64,000 nucleotides of DNA from Octopus sinensis (taxonomy: Eukaryota), in contig NC_043004.1 in the NCBI RefSeq assembly GCF_006345805.1, positions 37,758,001-37,822,000 on the forward strand, read 5' to 3'. The position numbers and the translations under genes were made by a program. Positions within the stretch are counted from its first letter, which is position 1. Every line of letters begins with the position of its first letter. Under the pieces are notes generated by a model that was not told the origin of the DNA, searched no databases, and saw nothing but the letters and a program-made list of their open reading frames with translations. This document shows, one piece after another, positions 37,501 through 50,100 of the stretch.

Positions 37501-40500
37501 TATACTGACAATCATTTTACCAAGTCATTTGACCAAGTTTGTTACCATATTTCTAATTAGTGCACTTTGAATTGAATTTATTTAAAGATTGTATTTTAAA
37601 AATAGTTCGTAATCTTTCAGTTTAGTGTGTATAAAAAAAAGTAAATAAAAATGAGAGGGGGAAATTAACAACTAGGGGACATAATAGATTCTCATTGTTT
37701 ATTTACACCAAAATCCATTTTATTTTCGAATTGGTCGAAATGACATGCGGGAGACCAGCGGCACCGATATTCATTGTTCCTGAACTTGACGTTCTCAACG
37801 ATGAGTCAGTTTTGGAATTTTACTCTATTAGCTGAATCACGAGACAATATTTTTCAGTGGTTGGCACGGCGTCGACTAATCATGATTTCGCAAATCGTAA
37901 ATCACTATGTGGCCTCACTACATGTGGTAATGCCATTGATGGCAAAATGGGTACTTTGTAAGAATTAGCACTTCCTTCTCAAAGCTTGGATTCGAAATCA
38001 GACCCAAGAATCATTGGTCGTAAAATACCAATGCACAAAAAGGCGCGAAATCAGAATCTCTTTGTTCTGACAAAAAATGATGGATCGTCTCCCTTCGACC
38101 TCTGACCCGAGCAGGTCAGGCGAAGTTTAACAGGACGACCAGCGACCTACTGTACGCAATAACACTCTTGCGGTATATCTATTTTTCTGGCTATTTGAGA
38201 TGTTATAATAGAACGGAGAATAGGTATCTAAAAGGAACCCGGACCAACGTTTAAGAGAACGCCACGCATTTATGAGGACGACGAAAGAATAATCAGAAAG
38301 GTGACTCTGTCATGCATGATTTACACACCGCACACACACACACCATCAAACATATTCTGCTTTAATGTGTATCCTGTATTATGCATTCCTTTAATATGTA
38401 TTATTTGCAACCACTATTTAATATGCATTTTGTACAAGCGATGTGTAACATTGCTTACAAATTGATGTAGTGATAATAAATCTTTAATTTATTACAAAGC
38501 ACTTATGTATTTATTAATACATCCACGCATCCACTACATTTGGTGACCCCGTAAAACGAATCGCGCCTTCCCTGGAACCAGCTTCATCAACCGCGTCGAA
38601 GAATTACAGTTTGCACATCACCAGCAACGAAGCAACTGAAAATTCCGACGAAAACAATGAATCTCCCGGAACAAACCCAGCGGCCACATCGACATGGCAT
38701 TCCAAGCGGCGATCTCGTTAAAAATTCCACCATTCTGGACCCACGACCCGACATTGTGGTTTCACCATATAGAGGCACAGTTTGCCTCTCACAGAATATC
38801 GAGCGATGCGGCTCGACTTTCTCACGTTATCAGTTCTCTGTCACCAGAAATAACGAACGTGATACGCGACCTTATCATGGCACCACCCGGTTCTGTTTCA
38901 TATGAAGTTTTTAAAACCACGTTAATAAACAGAACCTCAGAATCCCAACAAAAAAGACTTCACCAGCTTCTGATATCGGAAGAATTGGGTGACAAAACGC
39001 CGTCCCAGCTTCTTCGGAGAATGAAACAGCTTCTCGGAGATGAGACGCTCCCAGAAAAAATCTTCAAGCAACTTTTTCTCCAGCGTCTGCCCTCCAATAC
39101 CCAGTTGTTCTCGCGTCCACCAGAGAAAACACATCCCTTGAAGAACTGGCGGAGCTAGCTGACAAAATAGCCGAAGTACCGCACAGATATCCAACGGTAT
39201 CGACGGTGACGCCAGCCGCTCCCAGTACCAATCCTTTCCGTGCACAAACCAGTTCTTCAGAGATTTCGGATTTGCGTGCATTAATGACGCAGCAAGCTGC
39301 GCAAATACAAATTCTCACAGCCCAAATACAAGCCCTAAAGTTTAGTCCCCAGCGTCGAAGCACCAGCCGATCTCGACGAGATGGCAGACGGTCTCGAAGC
39401 CCCAGGCTACCCGAACTCACATGACACGTGTTGGTACCACCGAACATTCGGAACACGGGCACAAAAATGTACGGTACCCCGTGCTCGTATTCCTCACCCA
39501 GTTCGGGAAACGGCACAGCCAGGAATTGAACGCGACGGAAGTTCCTGGTTCGCACCACACAGTCGCCTGTTTTTCGTTTGCGATCGTGTAACAGGCACGC
39601 GTTTCCTGGTTGACACAGGTGCGGAAGTCAGCATCATCCCAGTCTCCAACACTTCTGGAAAAAGAAAAGAGACATCAGTCTGTCTTCAGGCAGTCAACCA
39701 TTCACCCATTCCAACCTACGGTGAACAGTCCCTAACATTAAACATAGGACTACGCCGCACATTTCAGTGGGTATTCGTCGTCGCTAAACTGCCGACCCCT
39801 CTCTTAGGAGCCGATTTCCTGCATCATTTCGGTCTCCTGGTAGACATAAAGAACAGACGACTTGTCGACACCACCACCAAGCTTACTGTGCGCGGTATAG
39901 CCGCTCGAATGGACACAGTCAGCCCAACTGTAATGCTTACGACAACGACTCGTCACAGTTCCATCCTGAATGATTATCCAGATGTCGCCCGGCCAGTTTT
40001 TTCAAACCAGCCGATAAAGCACGACGTTACCCACCACATCAAAACCAGCGGTCCACCTGTTGCTGCAAGGCCCAGAAGGTTACCACCTGATCGTCTCCAG
40101 GCCGTCAAGCGGGAATTCCAGCACATGCTCGACCTCGGAATCATCCGCGTTTCCAGCAGCAACTGGTCCTCGCCGATACACTGCGTCCCAAAAAAATCAT
40201 CGACCGATTGGCGGGTTTGCGGCGATTATCGATCACTGAATAAAAGCACTATCAGTGATGCCTATCCGGTGCCTTTTCTTCAGGACTTTTCGAGCTCGCT
40301 GCATGAAGCTCGCATCTTTTCAAAAATCGACCTGGTGCGAGCATACAACCAAATCCCAGTCGAACCTGCAGACATCTCAAAGACAGCAGTGACTACACCT
40401 TTCGGAATGTTTGAATTCCTGCGTATGCCTTTCGGTTTACGAAACGCGGCACAGACATTCCAAAGGTTTATCGACATGGTGACTAGAGGTTTGCCTTTCG

Positions 40501-43500
40501 TCTATGCCTACATAGACGACATACTCGTGGCCAGTAACTCGGACGAAGAGCATAATCAACACCTTCACCTGCTATTCGGACGACTACGTCAATTTGGAAT
40601 TGTTATCAACCCTACCAAATGTTTGTTCGGAGTTGCTTCCCTTCATTTTCTCGGCCATATAGTCGATAAAAATGGAATTCATCCCCTTCCCGAGAAAGTC
40701 AAGGCCATCGTGGATTTTCCACCACCCACATCTCTCCGCAAATTAAGGGAATATCTCGTCTAGCGAATTTCTATCGACGGTTCGTGCCCCACCTCGCTGA
40801 AATAGCGCAACCGCTCACGGATTTGCTACGTCAGCGAACCTGCAAAAACGCAGATATAGCTCTGACCGAAGATCAACTCGTTTCTTTCACTGCCCTGAAA
40901 AAAGCGTTATCTAGCGCTACCATGTTGGTTTATCCAAAACCAGACGCCCCACGATGTTTACTCGTTGATGCATCCGATTCCGGAATCGGAGGTGTGCTAC
41001 AACAGCTTGTTGACGGTATATGGCAACCGTTGTCTTTCTTTTCTAAGCGGTTAAAACCCGCGGAAACCAATACAGCACATTCAGTCGGGAATTATTGGCG
41101 GCATACCTGGCCGTTAAGCATTTCCGTCATATGCTAGAAGGTACCAATTTTGCCATATATACCGACCACAAGCCATTAGTATACGCATTTAACACCAAAC
41201 CGGATCGCCATTCGCCGAGAGAAATTCGTCACCTTGACTTCATATCGCAGTACACGACGGATATACGCCACATCAAAGGGACGACCAACGTGGCAGCCGA
41301 TGCACTTTCACGTGCGCAGATCAATGCTATCCACACCACGTCTACAATTGATCTGGCACGTATAGCAGCTGACCAGGAGAATGACGAAGATCTTCTAAAG
41401 CTCCGGAATTCGTCATCTCTGAAATTTCAGCATGTTCCACTACCATCATCCACAGCCCATATTTGGTGTGATATTTCCACTGGTTACCAACGCCCTTATG
41501 TACCACAGAAATATCGTCGAGAAGTTTTTCTCTCCGCTCTACATTCTCTGTCACATCCTGGTATTCGCTCCACTCAAAAGCTAATATCGACCCGTTTTGT
41601 GTGGACCAGTATCAACAAGGATATCAGAGAATGGACCAAGTGCTGTGTTGCGTGCCAAAAAGCGAAAATCCACCGGCACATAAAATCACCAATCGGTTCA
41701 TTTTCGCAGCCCGATGCACGATTTCAGCACGTTCACATTGATATCGTTGGACCCCTGCCACCTTCGCAGAACTATTCATATTTGCTAACTTGCGTAGATA
41801 GGTTCTCGCGATGGCCCGAAGCCTGGCCCCTATCTGATATATCAGCAGAAACGGTTGCTAAAACGCTGATATCACAATGGGTTTCGCGTTTTGGCACACC
41901 CGCAACAATTACCACCGACAGAGGACGTCAGTTCAATTCCCACCTTTTCACCGAGCTGACTCATCTCCTCGGGTGTAAACACACCCGCACTACAGCTTAC
42001 CACCCTGCAGCAAATGGCATGGTGGAACGCTTTCACCGCCAACTCAAGGCATCTATAAAAGCAGCTCCAGACAGTTCTCACTGGTTGGAACATCTCCCTC
42101 TCATCCTCCTTGGAATTCGATCCACGATTAAGGAGAACTGGGATATACTCCGGCCGAACTCGTTTATGGCACAACACTCACCTTACCTGGGCAGATGATC
42201 GAACCTGTTTCACAAAACTTCCCTGACCCACAACAATATGTGCACCGATTACGAACATCCATGTCGCAAGTATCACCCTCAGGCCCCAGACAACAGAACG
42301 TCGTTTCACGTGTCCCAAAAGATATCAACACATGGACTCATGTCTTCGTGAGGAATGATGGGATACCCTCTCAACTTCGACCACCATATTCCGGGCCCTA
42401 CAAGGTCATCAAAAGAGAACCCAAGTATTTCGTCCTCGATATTGGAGGTAAACGAAATACGGTCTCGATTGATCGTTTAAAAAAAGCTTTCATCGAGGAG
42501 GACTTACATTCAGTCCCCTTTTTTCCTCAAACAGACTCGGCAACTCCAGCGAACACCACAGAGCTGCACAACCCCGACACACCAAATCAGGAAGAACAGT
42601 TCGATGGCCAGCAAGGTTTGTGCAAGTTTTTCGGGTAAGTTCTGAACTCCTAACGTATCCATCTTCCTAATGAACACATAACTGCATCACCCACCCAGAG
42701 AAATCAAAGAACATTTGTGTACGTAAAGAAAAAAAAAATGAAAACAAAAACTGTCTGTATGAACTTTTACGGAACATTTCAAAATCGAACTTTGCCGATG
42801 AACATTTCTTTCATTTTTGCATGTACATATTTTTTGTTTTCTCTTCAAAATGTTTGCTTTCTCATAAATATATTTTTTTGCTAACTGTATATCCACACAC
42901 ATTTACAAATCTTGTTCTCATGCGTGCTATCACTCGATTTTTTTTTTCGCCACTGAAAGATACCTTGTCTCTATTAGACCTCTAGTAGGTCGAGTAATCA
43001 ATAGACGCACATCTCTTTCAACGCGCCAACATAATTCTGCCTGGGCACATATACATATTGCCCACCATATAGCACATACAAATTGTAAACCTTTCATCCA
43101 TATTTTTATCGTTCAATGTGTAAAAAAAATTTTTTTTCTACATGCACACAATCAAAAAAAAAAAAATAATAAAAATAATAATAATAATACATTTCCAATA
43201 TCGTTCGATCTCTGTGGCTTTCTCACTAGAAGGGGGGTAGTGTAAGAATTAGCACTTCCTTCTCAAAGCTTGGATTCGAAATCAGACCCAAGAATCATTG
43301 GTCGTAAAATACCAATGCACAAAAAGGCGCGAAATCAGAATCTCTTTGTTCTGACAAAAAATGATGGATCGTCTCCCTTCGACCTCTGACCCGAGCAGGT
43401 CAGGCGAAGTTTAACAGGACGACCAGCGACCTACTGTACGCAATAACACTCTTGCGGTATATCTATTTTTCTGGCTATTTGAGATGTTATAAATAGAACG

Positions 43501-46500
43501 GAGAAATAGGTATCTAAAAGGAACCCGAACCAACGTTTAAGAGAACGCCACGCATTTATGAGGACGACGAAAGAATAATCAGAAAGGTGACTCTGTCATG
43601 CATGATTTACACACACGCACACACACTCACCATCAAACATATTCTGCTTTAATGTGTATCCTGTATTATGCATTCCTTTAATATGTATTATTTGCAACCA
43701 CTATTTAATATGCATTTTGTACAAGCGATGTGTAACATTGCTTACAAATTGATGTAGTGATAATAAATCTTTAATTTATTACAAAGCACTTATGTATTTA
43801 TTAATACATCCACGCATCCACTACAACTTCTTCGGAATTACTCCCGCTCTATAACGTTTGAACCAGTAATTTAAAAAAAAAATTTTTTTACAGATTCATG
43901 TTTTCAATATGGGAGATTACGATTTAACAATTCTATTGTTCTTTGCAATATTACACCATCACCAGATGAAGGTAGTAAAATCGTGAAATGATTAAAAATA
44001 TTTTACTTACAGAAATTAAAGTTGTCGGGTTCTTATGATTTTGACAATTGTTTCTTATTTAATAGATACATCAAAATGATTGTGAAACAAAAACAGATAT
44101 GACAAAATTTAATTTCTGTTTATAATAATAATAATAATGAAATTATTGTATACAGTGCTCAGGTGCAGCTACAAAAATGTATATTTCTTTAAAATTTACT
44201 TCTGCTTCTGTAACTACTAAAATATGAAATAATATCCAATTAGGGTCTGAAAATATTTCAACCCCCAGCAACTACTGCCATTCTACAAGCTCCTTCCTGA
44301 ATCATACAGACTGACATAGTACTGGTTTCCATGGTGTATATATTTCCCCATGGTTGGGATGCCAGTCTCTCACAGAATTACTCAGTATTGCTGTTTGAGT
44401 AGACTGGAGCAATTTGAAATGAAATGTTTTGCTCAAGAACACAATGCATTCCTCAGTCCAGAGATGGTGCTGCTAAACACAAACAACTTCCACTGCATTC
44501 AGAAAAGGACCACTTGGCTAATTGGCATTCACTCATTAACAGAGATACTCCAGCCTTTGACCTGCTGGTGTACTGTCTTGTTTTTTTTTAATTTTTATTT
44601 TACCTGTCACTTCTGTAATGGTCCCTTTTCTTCAGAGCCGGGTGGGCTTGTAACTTTACCACTCAGTTACCCCTAATCCGTTTGTCTTTCCACCTCTCAT
44701 CACTTTTGGTGTATCCACACCCTCAGCTTTGCACCAACAAGTCCAGTCTTTTCTACCCAGAATATCAACCCACTGAAATCTTGCTCAATTGTCTTTCTTA
44801 CAAGTGTGGACCTGCAACTATTTAACCCTTTCGTTACCAACCTGGCTGAAACCGGCTCTGGGTCTGAGTACAAATGTCTTGTTTTCATAAGTTTTGAATT
44901 AAAATCTCCCAGCAAACCTTAGTCACAATTTATATTCCTAACACTAGCTGAATGATAACTAAGTTATTTTACTAAATTCTTTGTTATATTTAAAGTAATT
45001 GAAAGAAATACAGAGCATCTCAAAATAAATACAGTAATGAAAGGGTTAAACATAACATTAAGAGCTTCAAGCTCACTTATCTTGTGGAGCCTGTAAATAT
45101 CATGGTTAGTGCCTCATTCTCCAGATACAGATAAAAGTGCTGCTGAACATCTTTGGTCTTTCACTTTTGATTTCTATCTGCAAGATATTCATGTTTTGAA
45201 AATCCTTTTAGCTTGATACTTCTCTGTTACTATCAGCATTATCAATTTTGTTGGACATCTGCTTACCGAGCTGGGATGGGTTATAACAAATCAAGTCTTT
45301 ATTCAAAGATACATCTCTCTTTCATAGTTGAATAGGGATACAGAATGAAAGAGGAAGGAAAGTGATAATGATGTTGATCAAAATGATGATGATAGTTTAA
45401 AAACTGAATAAACACCCATTCAGGCAAACAGGTCTTTGAAAGTCCTTTCTTGATTGAATCCTCAAATCAAACCCTACCAATTTGAAGATACTAGTTATTA
45501 GTAGACAAATAGGCATAGGAGTGGCTGTGTAGTAAGTAGCTTGCTTACCAACCACATGGTTCCGGGTTCAGTCCCACTGCGGGGCACCTTGGGTAAGTGT
45601 CTTCTACTATAGCCTCGGGCCGACCAAAGCCTTGTGAGTGGATTTGGTAGATGGAAACTGAAAGAAGCCCTTCATATATATGTATATATATATGTATGTG
45701 CGTGTTTGTGTGTCTGTGTTTGTCCCCCCAACATCGCTTGACAACCTTGACAATGCTGGTGTGTTTACGTCCCCGTAACTTAGCGGTTCGGCAAAAAAGA
45801 GACCGATAAAATAAGTACTAGGCTTACAAAGAATAAGTCCTGGGGTCGATTTGATCGACTAAAGGCGGTGCTCCAGCATGGCCACAGTCACATGACTGAA
45901 ACAAGTAAAAGAGTAAAAAGAGAGAGTAATGCAACACAATTTCTAATATTAATAATAATAATGATAATAATAACCATAATAATGATAATAATAACCATAA
46001 TGATTCTTTTTTTTATTGGTCACAAAGAGTTTATATTAAGAAAAACAGTATGGACAGTACAGGACAAAACAGAATGTGTATGTTGTGGGGATTTTACGGG
46101 TAAACAAGTTTCTTTTAACCGCTAAGTTTGCCTGATTAGGACTGAGTTGAGACTCAACAGCAAAACCAGTGAAAGCGTACAAACTTTAAAAAAATCTAAA
46201 TACAGAATTAGCAGTGACCTGAATTGGGAATTCTGTTTTCAAATAGAGAACCTGTTAAATACAATGACATGTATAAATAGCAACAATTGATGTGTTAGCT
46301 TTTGTCCTGAATGTATCCAGAACAGTGTCACATGAATGGAAATCTCTTTTTAATAAACACTAGCCTGCTCATTTTATTTAGCAACACCACCCTTAATGTA
46401 TAAGTAAAGTATGCACATTATATTAAGCAAAAGTTGATGTAGGCACAGAAGGTGGCTGTGTGGTAAGAAACTTGCTTTCCAACCACATGGTTATGGGTTC

Positions 46501-46937
46501 AGTCCCACTACATGCACTTTGGGCAAGTGTCTTAGCTTTTTTTTACCGTTTCCTTAATTTTTGCTACTGATGAATACTTTTTGACAACCCAGATTCTTAA
46601 AATGAATTCATTGTCTTTCTGTATGAAACGATCATATAGCTACATGAATAAAAATAATTTCAATCCATATTAATATCTAATCTCCTCTGTTTACAAAAAA
46701 TAGGATTGAATTTGTTGAACTTTATTTTATAAGTTAAACTATATACTTATATATATATAAAGTTAATCCAAACATGAAAACACAACCACGCGAGGACGTG
46801 GAACAAATATAGTATTATTGGTTGCTCAGGAAGGAAAAGAAGAAGGAGGATTTAACGTTTCAAGCGGAGTTCTTTGTTGGAAAGATCCAGAGAAGGGAAG
46901 ACAGAGGGAAAAAAATCGCCAACGGTACACACGCGGT

Positions 46938-46999
<62 letters not shown>

Positions 47000-47093
47000 A
47001 TATATATCCTTCTTTCTTTCCTTTCCTGAGCATCCAATAACACTATACTTGTTCCACGGTCTCGTGTTGTTGTGTTTTCATGTTTGGATTAAC

Positions 47094-47140
<47 letters not shown>

Positions 47141-50100
47141 ATTATATATAGAGGGCATTATACATACATGCCAGAAGGCATTATACATACATGCCAAACG
47201 CTAAGAGGGACAATCAGTCATTTCTACCAAAAATATTACTAATCCCACCGAATGCAATTTTTCAAAGTAAGACATTTAAAAATATAGACCTGTATCACAG
47301 TGATTTCATACTTACGTAATCATCAGCAGGCCTGAATGTATTATAAATAAACAACGACCCTGCCCCGCTTAAGCCGACCAGCTAACTGATCAACATCAAC
47401 GAAGCACATGGGTGAGTTTACATATATTACATCCGGGTAAATGGCAAACTTTTACGAATTACATTTCGGGAGAGGAAAAGTTTTTTCGGAATAAAAATTT
47501 AGCAATTAAGGACAACTACTTAATAAGGAAAACTTAACAAGAAATTGTCAGGTAGATAGCGTAAAAACCTCATAAGAGAAAAAAATTTCGAAAATAATTA
47601 TTTCTTATTGAACATATTAATTTATATATAGAGGGCATTATACATACATGCCAGAAGGCATTATACATACATGCCAAACGCTAAGAGGGACAATCAGTCA
47701 TTTCTACCAAAAATATTACTAATCCCACCGAATGCAATTTTTCAAAGTAAGACATTTAAAAATATAGACCTGTATCACAGTGATTTCATATGGAAACTCC
47801 GAAGTCTCTCACCTTGTGTAATTCTTTTAGCAAGAACAAGATGACTTGTTTTTTTTAATATACTTTCCTATGTGTATTGGATACCCTCTCTCTATCTTTT
47901 TAAACTCTCCTTCCCCTCCTCTCTCCCTCACACATACACACCTATTAAAAGGAGATGTTTATGTGTTTAAAGCAAAGGTACAGCAGTGGACCAGCTACTT
48001 TCTTCTTGTTTTGACTAATCACCCTATTTAAATAGTGTATCCTATGGAGGATTTTCACTTTCTTTTCTGTATTGATCTGTTTATTTAATGCTCCTTCCTC
48101 AATGTTAAGCTCATGTTTTTTTGATTTCTTCCTGCTTATCTCTTTCTGTTGCTTATCTTTTCCGTACTGATTTTCTTTTTGTTAAAACTTGGCCATTTCC
48201 TCTTGATAAACATCCGGCACCTGTGTCGGTGGCACATAAAAACACCATCCGAAGACCCGGCAAGACTAGGCACCTATGTCGGTGGCACATAAAAACACCA
48301 TCCGAAGACCCGGCAAGACTAGTCAGGCCATAATCCGTGGCCCCAACCTGGGACGTAGTCAGTCCACCTGTGCATACCTTCCTTCTTGTGACACTTGTGA
48401 AGACCTTTTGAGGCAAGTGAAAGTGAAAATCAAAATAAAATAGATGAACATCAATGGAATTTGTATCTTTATGGTACCAGTGCCGGTGGCACACAAGAAA
48501 ACCATCCGAACGTGGCTGTAGCCAGTACCGCATCGACTGGCCTCCGTGCTGTGGGCACGTAACAAACACCATCCGATCATGTCCGTTCGCCAGCCTCATC
48601 AGGCACCTGTGTCGGTGGCACATAAAAACACCATCTGAAGACCCGGCAAGACTAGTCAGGCCATAACCCGTGGCCCCTACCTGGGACGTAGTCAGTCCGC
48701 CTGTGCATACCTACCTTCTTGTGACACTTGTGAAGACCTGTTGAGGCAAGTGATCAAATCAAAACAAATCAAAATAGATGAACATCAATGGAATTTGTAT
48801 CTTTGTGGTACCAGGGCCGGTGGCACACAAGATAACCATCCGAACATGGTTTTTATGAATTTGTATCCGAACATCGACTGGCCTCTGTGCTGTGGGCTCA
48901 TAACAAACACCATCCGATCGTGGCCGTTCGCCAGCCTCATCTGGCACCTGTGTCGGTGGCACATAAAAACACCATCCGAAGACCCGGCAAGACTAGTCAG
49001 GCCATAACCCGTGGCCTCTACCTGGGACGTAGTCAGTTCACCTGTGCATGCCTTCCTTCTTGTGACACTTGTGAAGACCTGTTGAGACAAGTGATCAAAT
49101 CAGATCAAATCAAATCAAAATAGATGAACATCAATGGAATTTGTATCTTTGTGGTACCAGTGCCGGTGGCACACAAGAAAACCATCCGAACGTGGCCGTA
49201 GCCAGTACTGCATCGACTGGCCTCTGTGCTGTGGGCACGTAACAAACACCATCCATCTGGCACCTGTGTCGGAGGCACATAAAAACACCATCCGAAGACC
49301 CGGCAAGACTAGTCAGGCCATAACCCGTGGCCTCTACCTGGGACGTAGTCAGTTCACCTGTGCATGCCTTCCTTCTTGTGACACTTGTGAAGACCTGTTG
49401 AGACAAGTGATCAAATCAAATCAAATCAAAATAGATGAACATCAATGGAATTTGTATCTTTGTGGTACCAGTGCCGGTGGCACACAAGAAAACCATCCGA
49501 ACGTGGCCGTAGCCAGTACCGCATCGACTGGCCTCCGTGCTGTGGGCACGTAAGAAACACCATCCGATCGTGGCCGTTCGTCAGCCTCGTCTGGCACCTG
49601 TGTCGGTGGCACATAAAAACACCATCCGAGCGTGGCCGTTCGCCAGCCTCGTCTGGCACCTGTGTCGGTGGCACATAAAAACACCATCCGAGCGTGGCCG
49701 TTCGCCAGCCTCGTCTGGCACCTGTGTCGGTGGCACATAAAATCACCCACTACACTCTCGGAGTGGTTGGCGTTAGGAAGGGCATCCAGCTGTAGAAACA
49801 CTGCCAGATCTGACTGGCCTGGTGCAGCCTTTGGGCTCCCCAGACCCCAGTTGAACCGTCCAACCCATGCTAGCATGGAAAGCGGACGTTAAATGATGAT
49901 GATGATGATGATATTAAATTACTTTTGTGAAATACAATTATGTTAAAAGAAGAGCAAATGTAATTTTTGAATAATGAAAGTAATATATATACCAGCACAA
50001 TCGCTAACAACACACAATAATTGATATATATACCTATACTCATATCTAGAGTTCTGTTTTTTCCTGTTTGCACCAATGCCCTTATCCTCCACCACTGCTT

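Larger units (their letters stand above)
37957..43825 (+). mobile_element. Full-length Ty3/gypsy LTR retrotransposon (Mag-like clade)
   Basis: TG..CA LTRs, 4-bp TSD ACTT (37953-37956, 43826-43829), PBS, PPT, gag and PR-RT-RH-IN order. Confidence 0.97.

Noticed and set aside
39381-40763. Computed ORF read as a continuous knuckle-protease-RT fusion
   Set aside because: Better explained by compensating 1-bp indels around a -1 frameshift site
44350-44915. ORFs 44350-44676 and 44700-44915
   Set aside because: Overlap degenerate SINE and piggyBac MITE sequence; no recognisable protein motif
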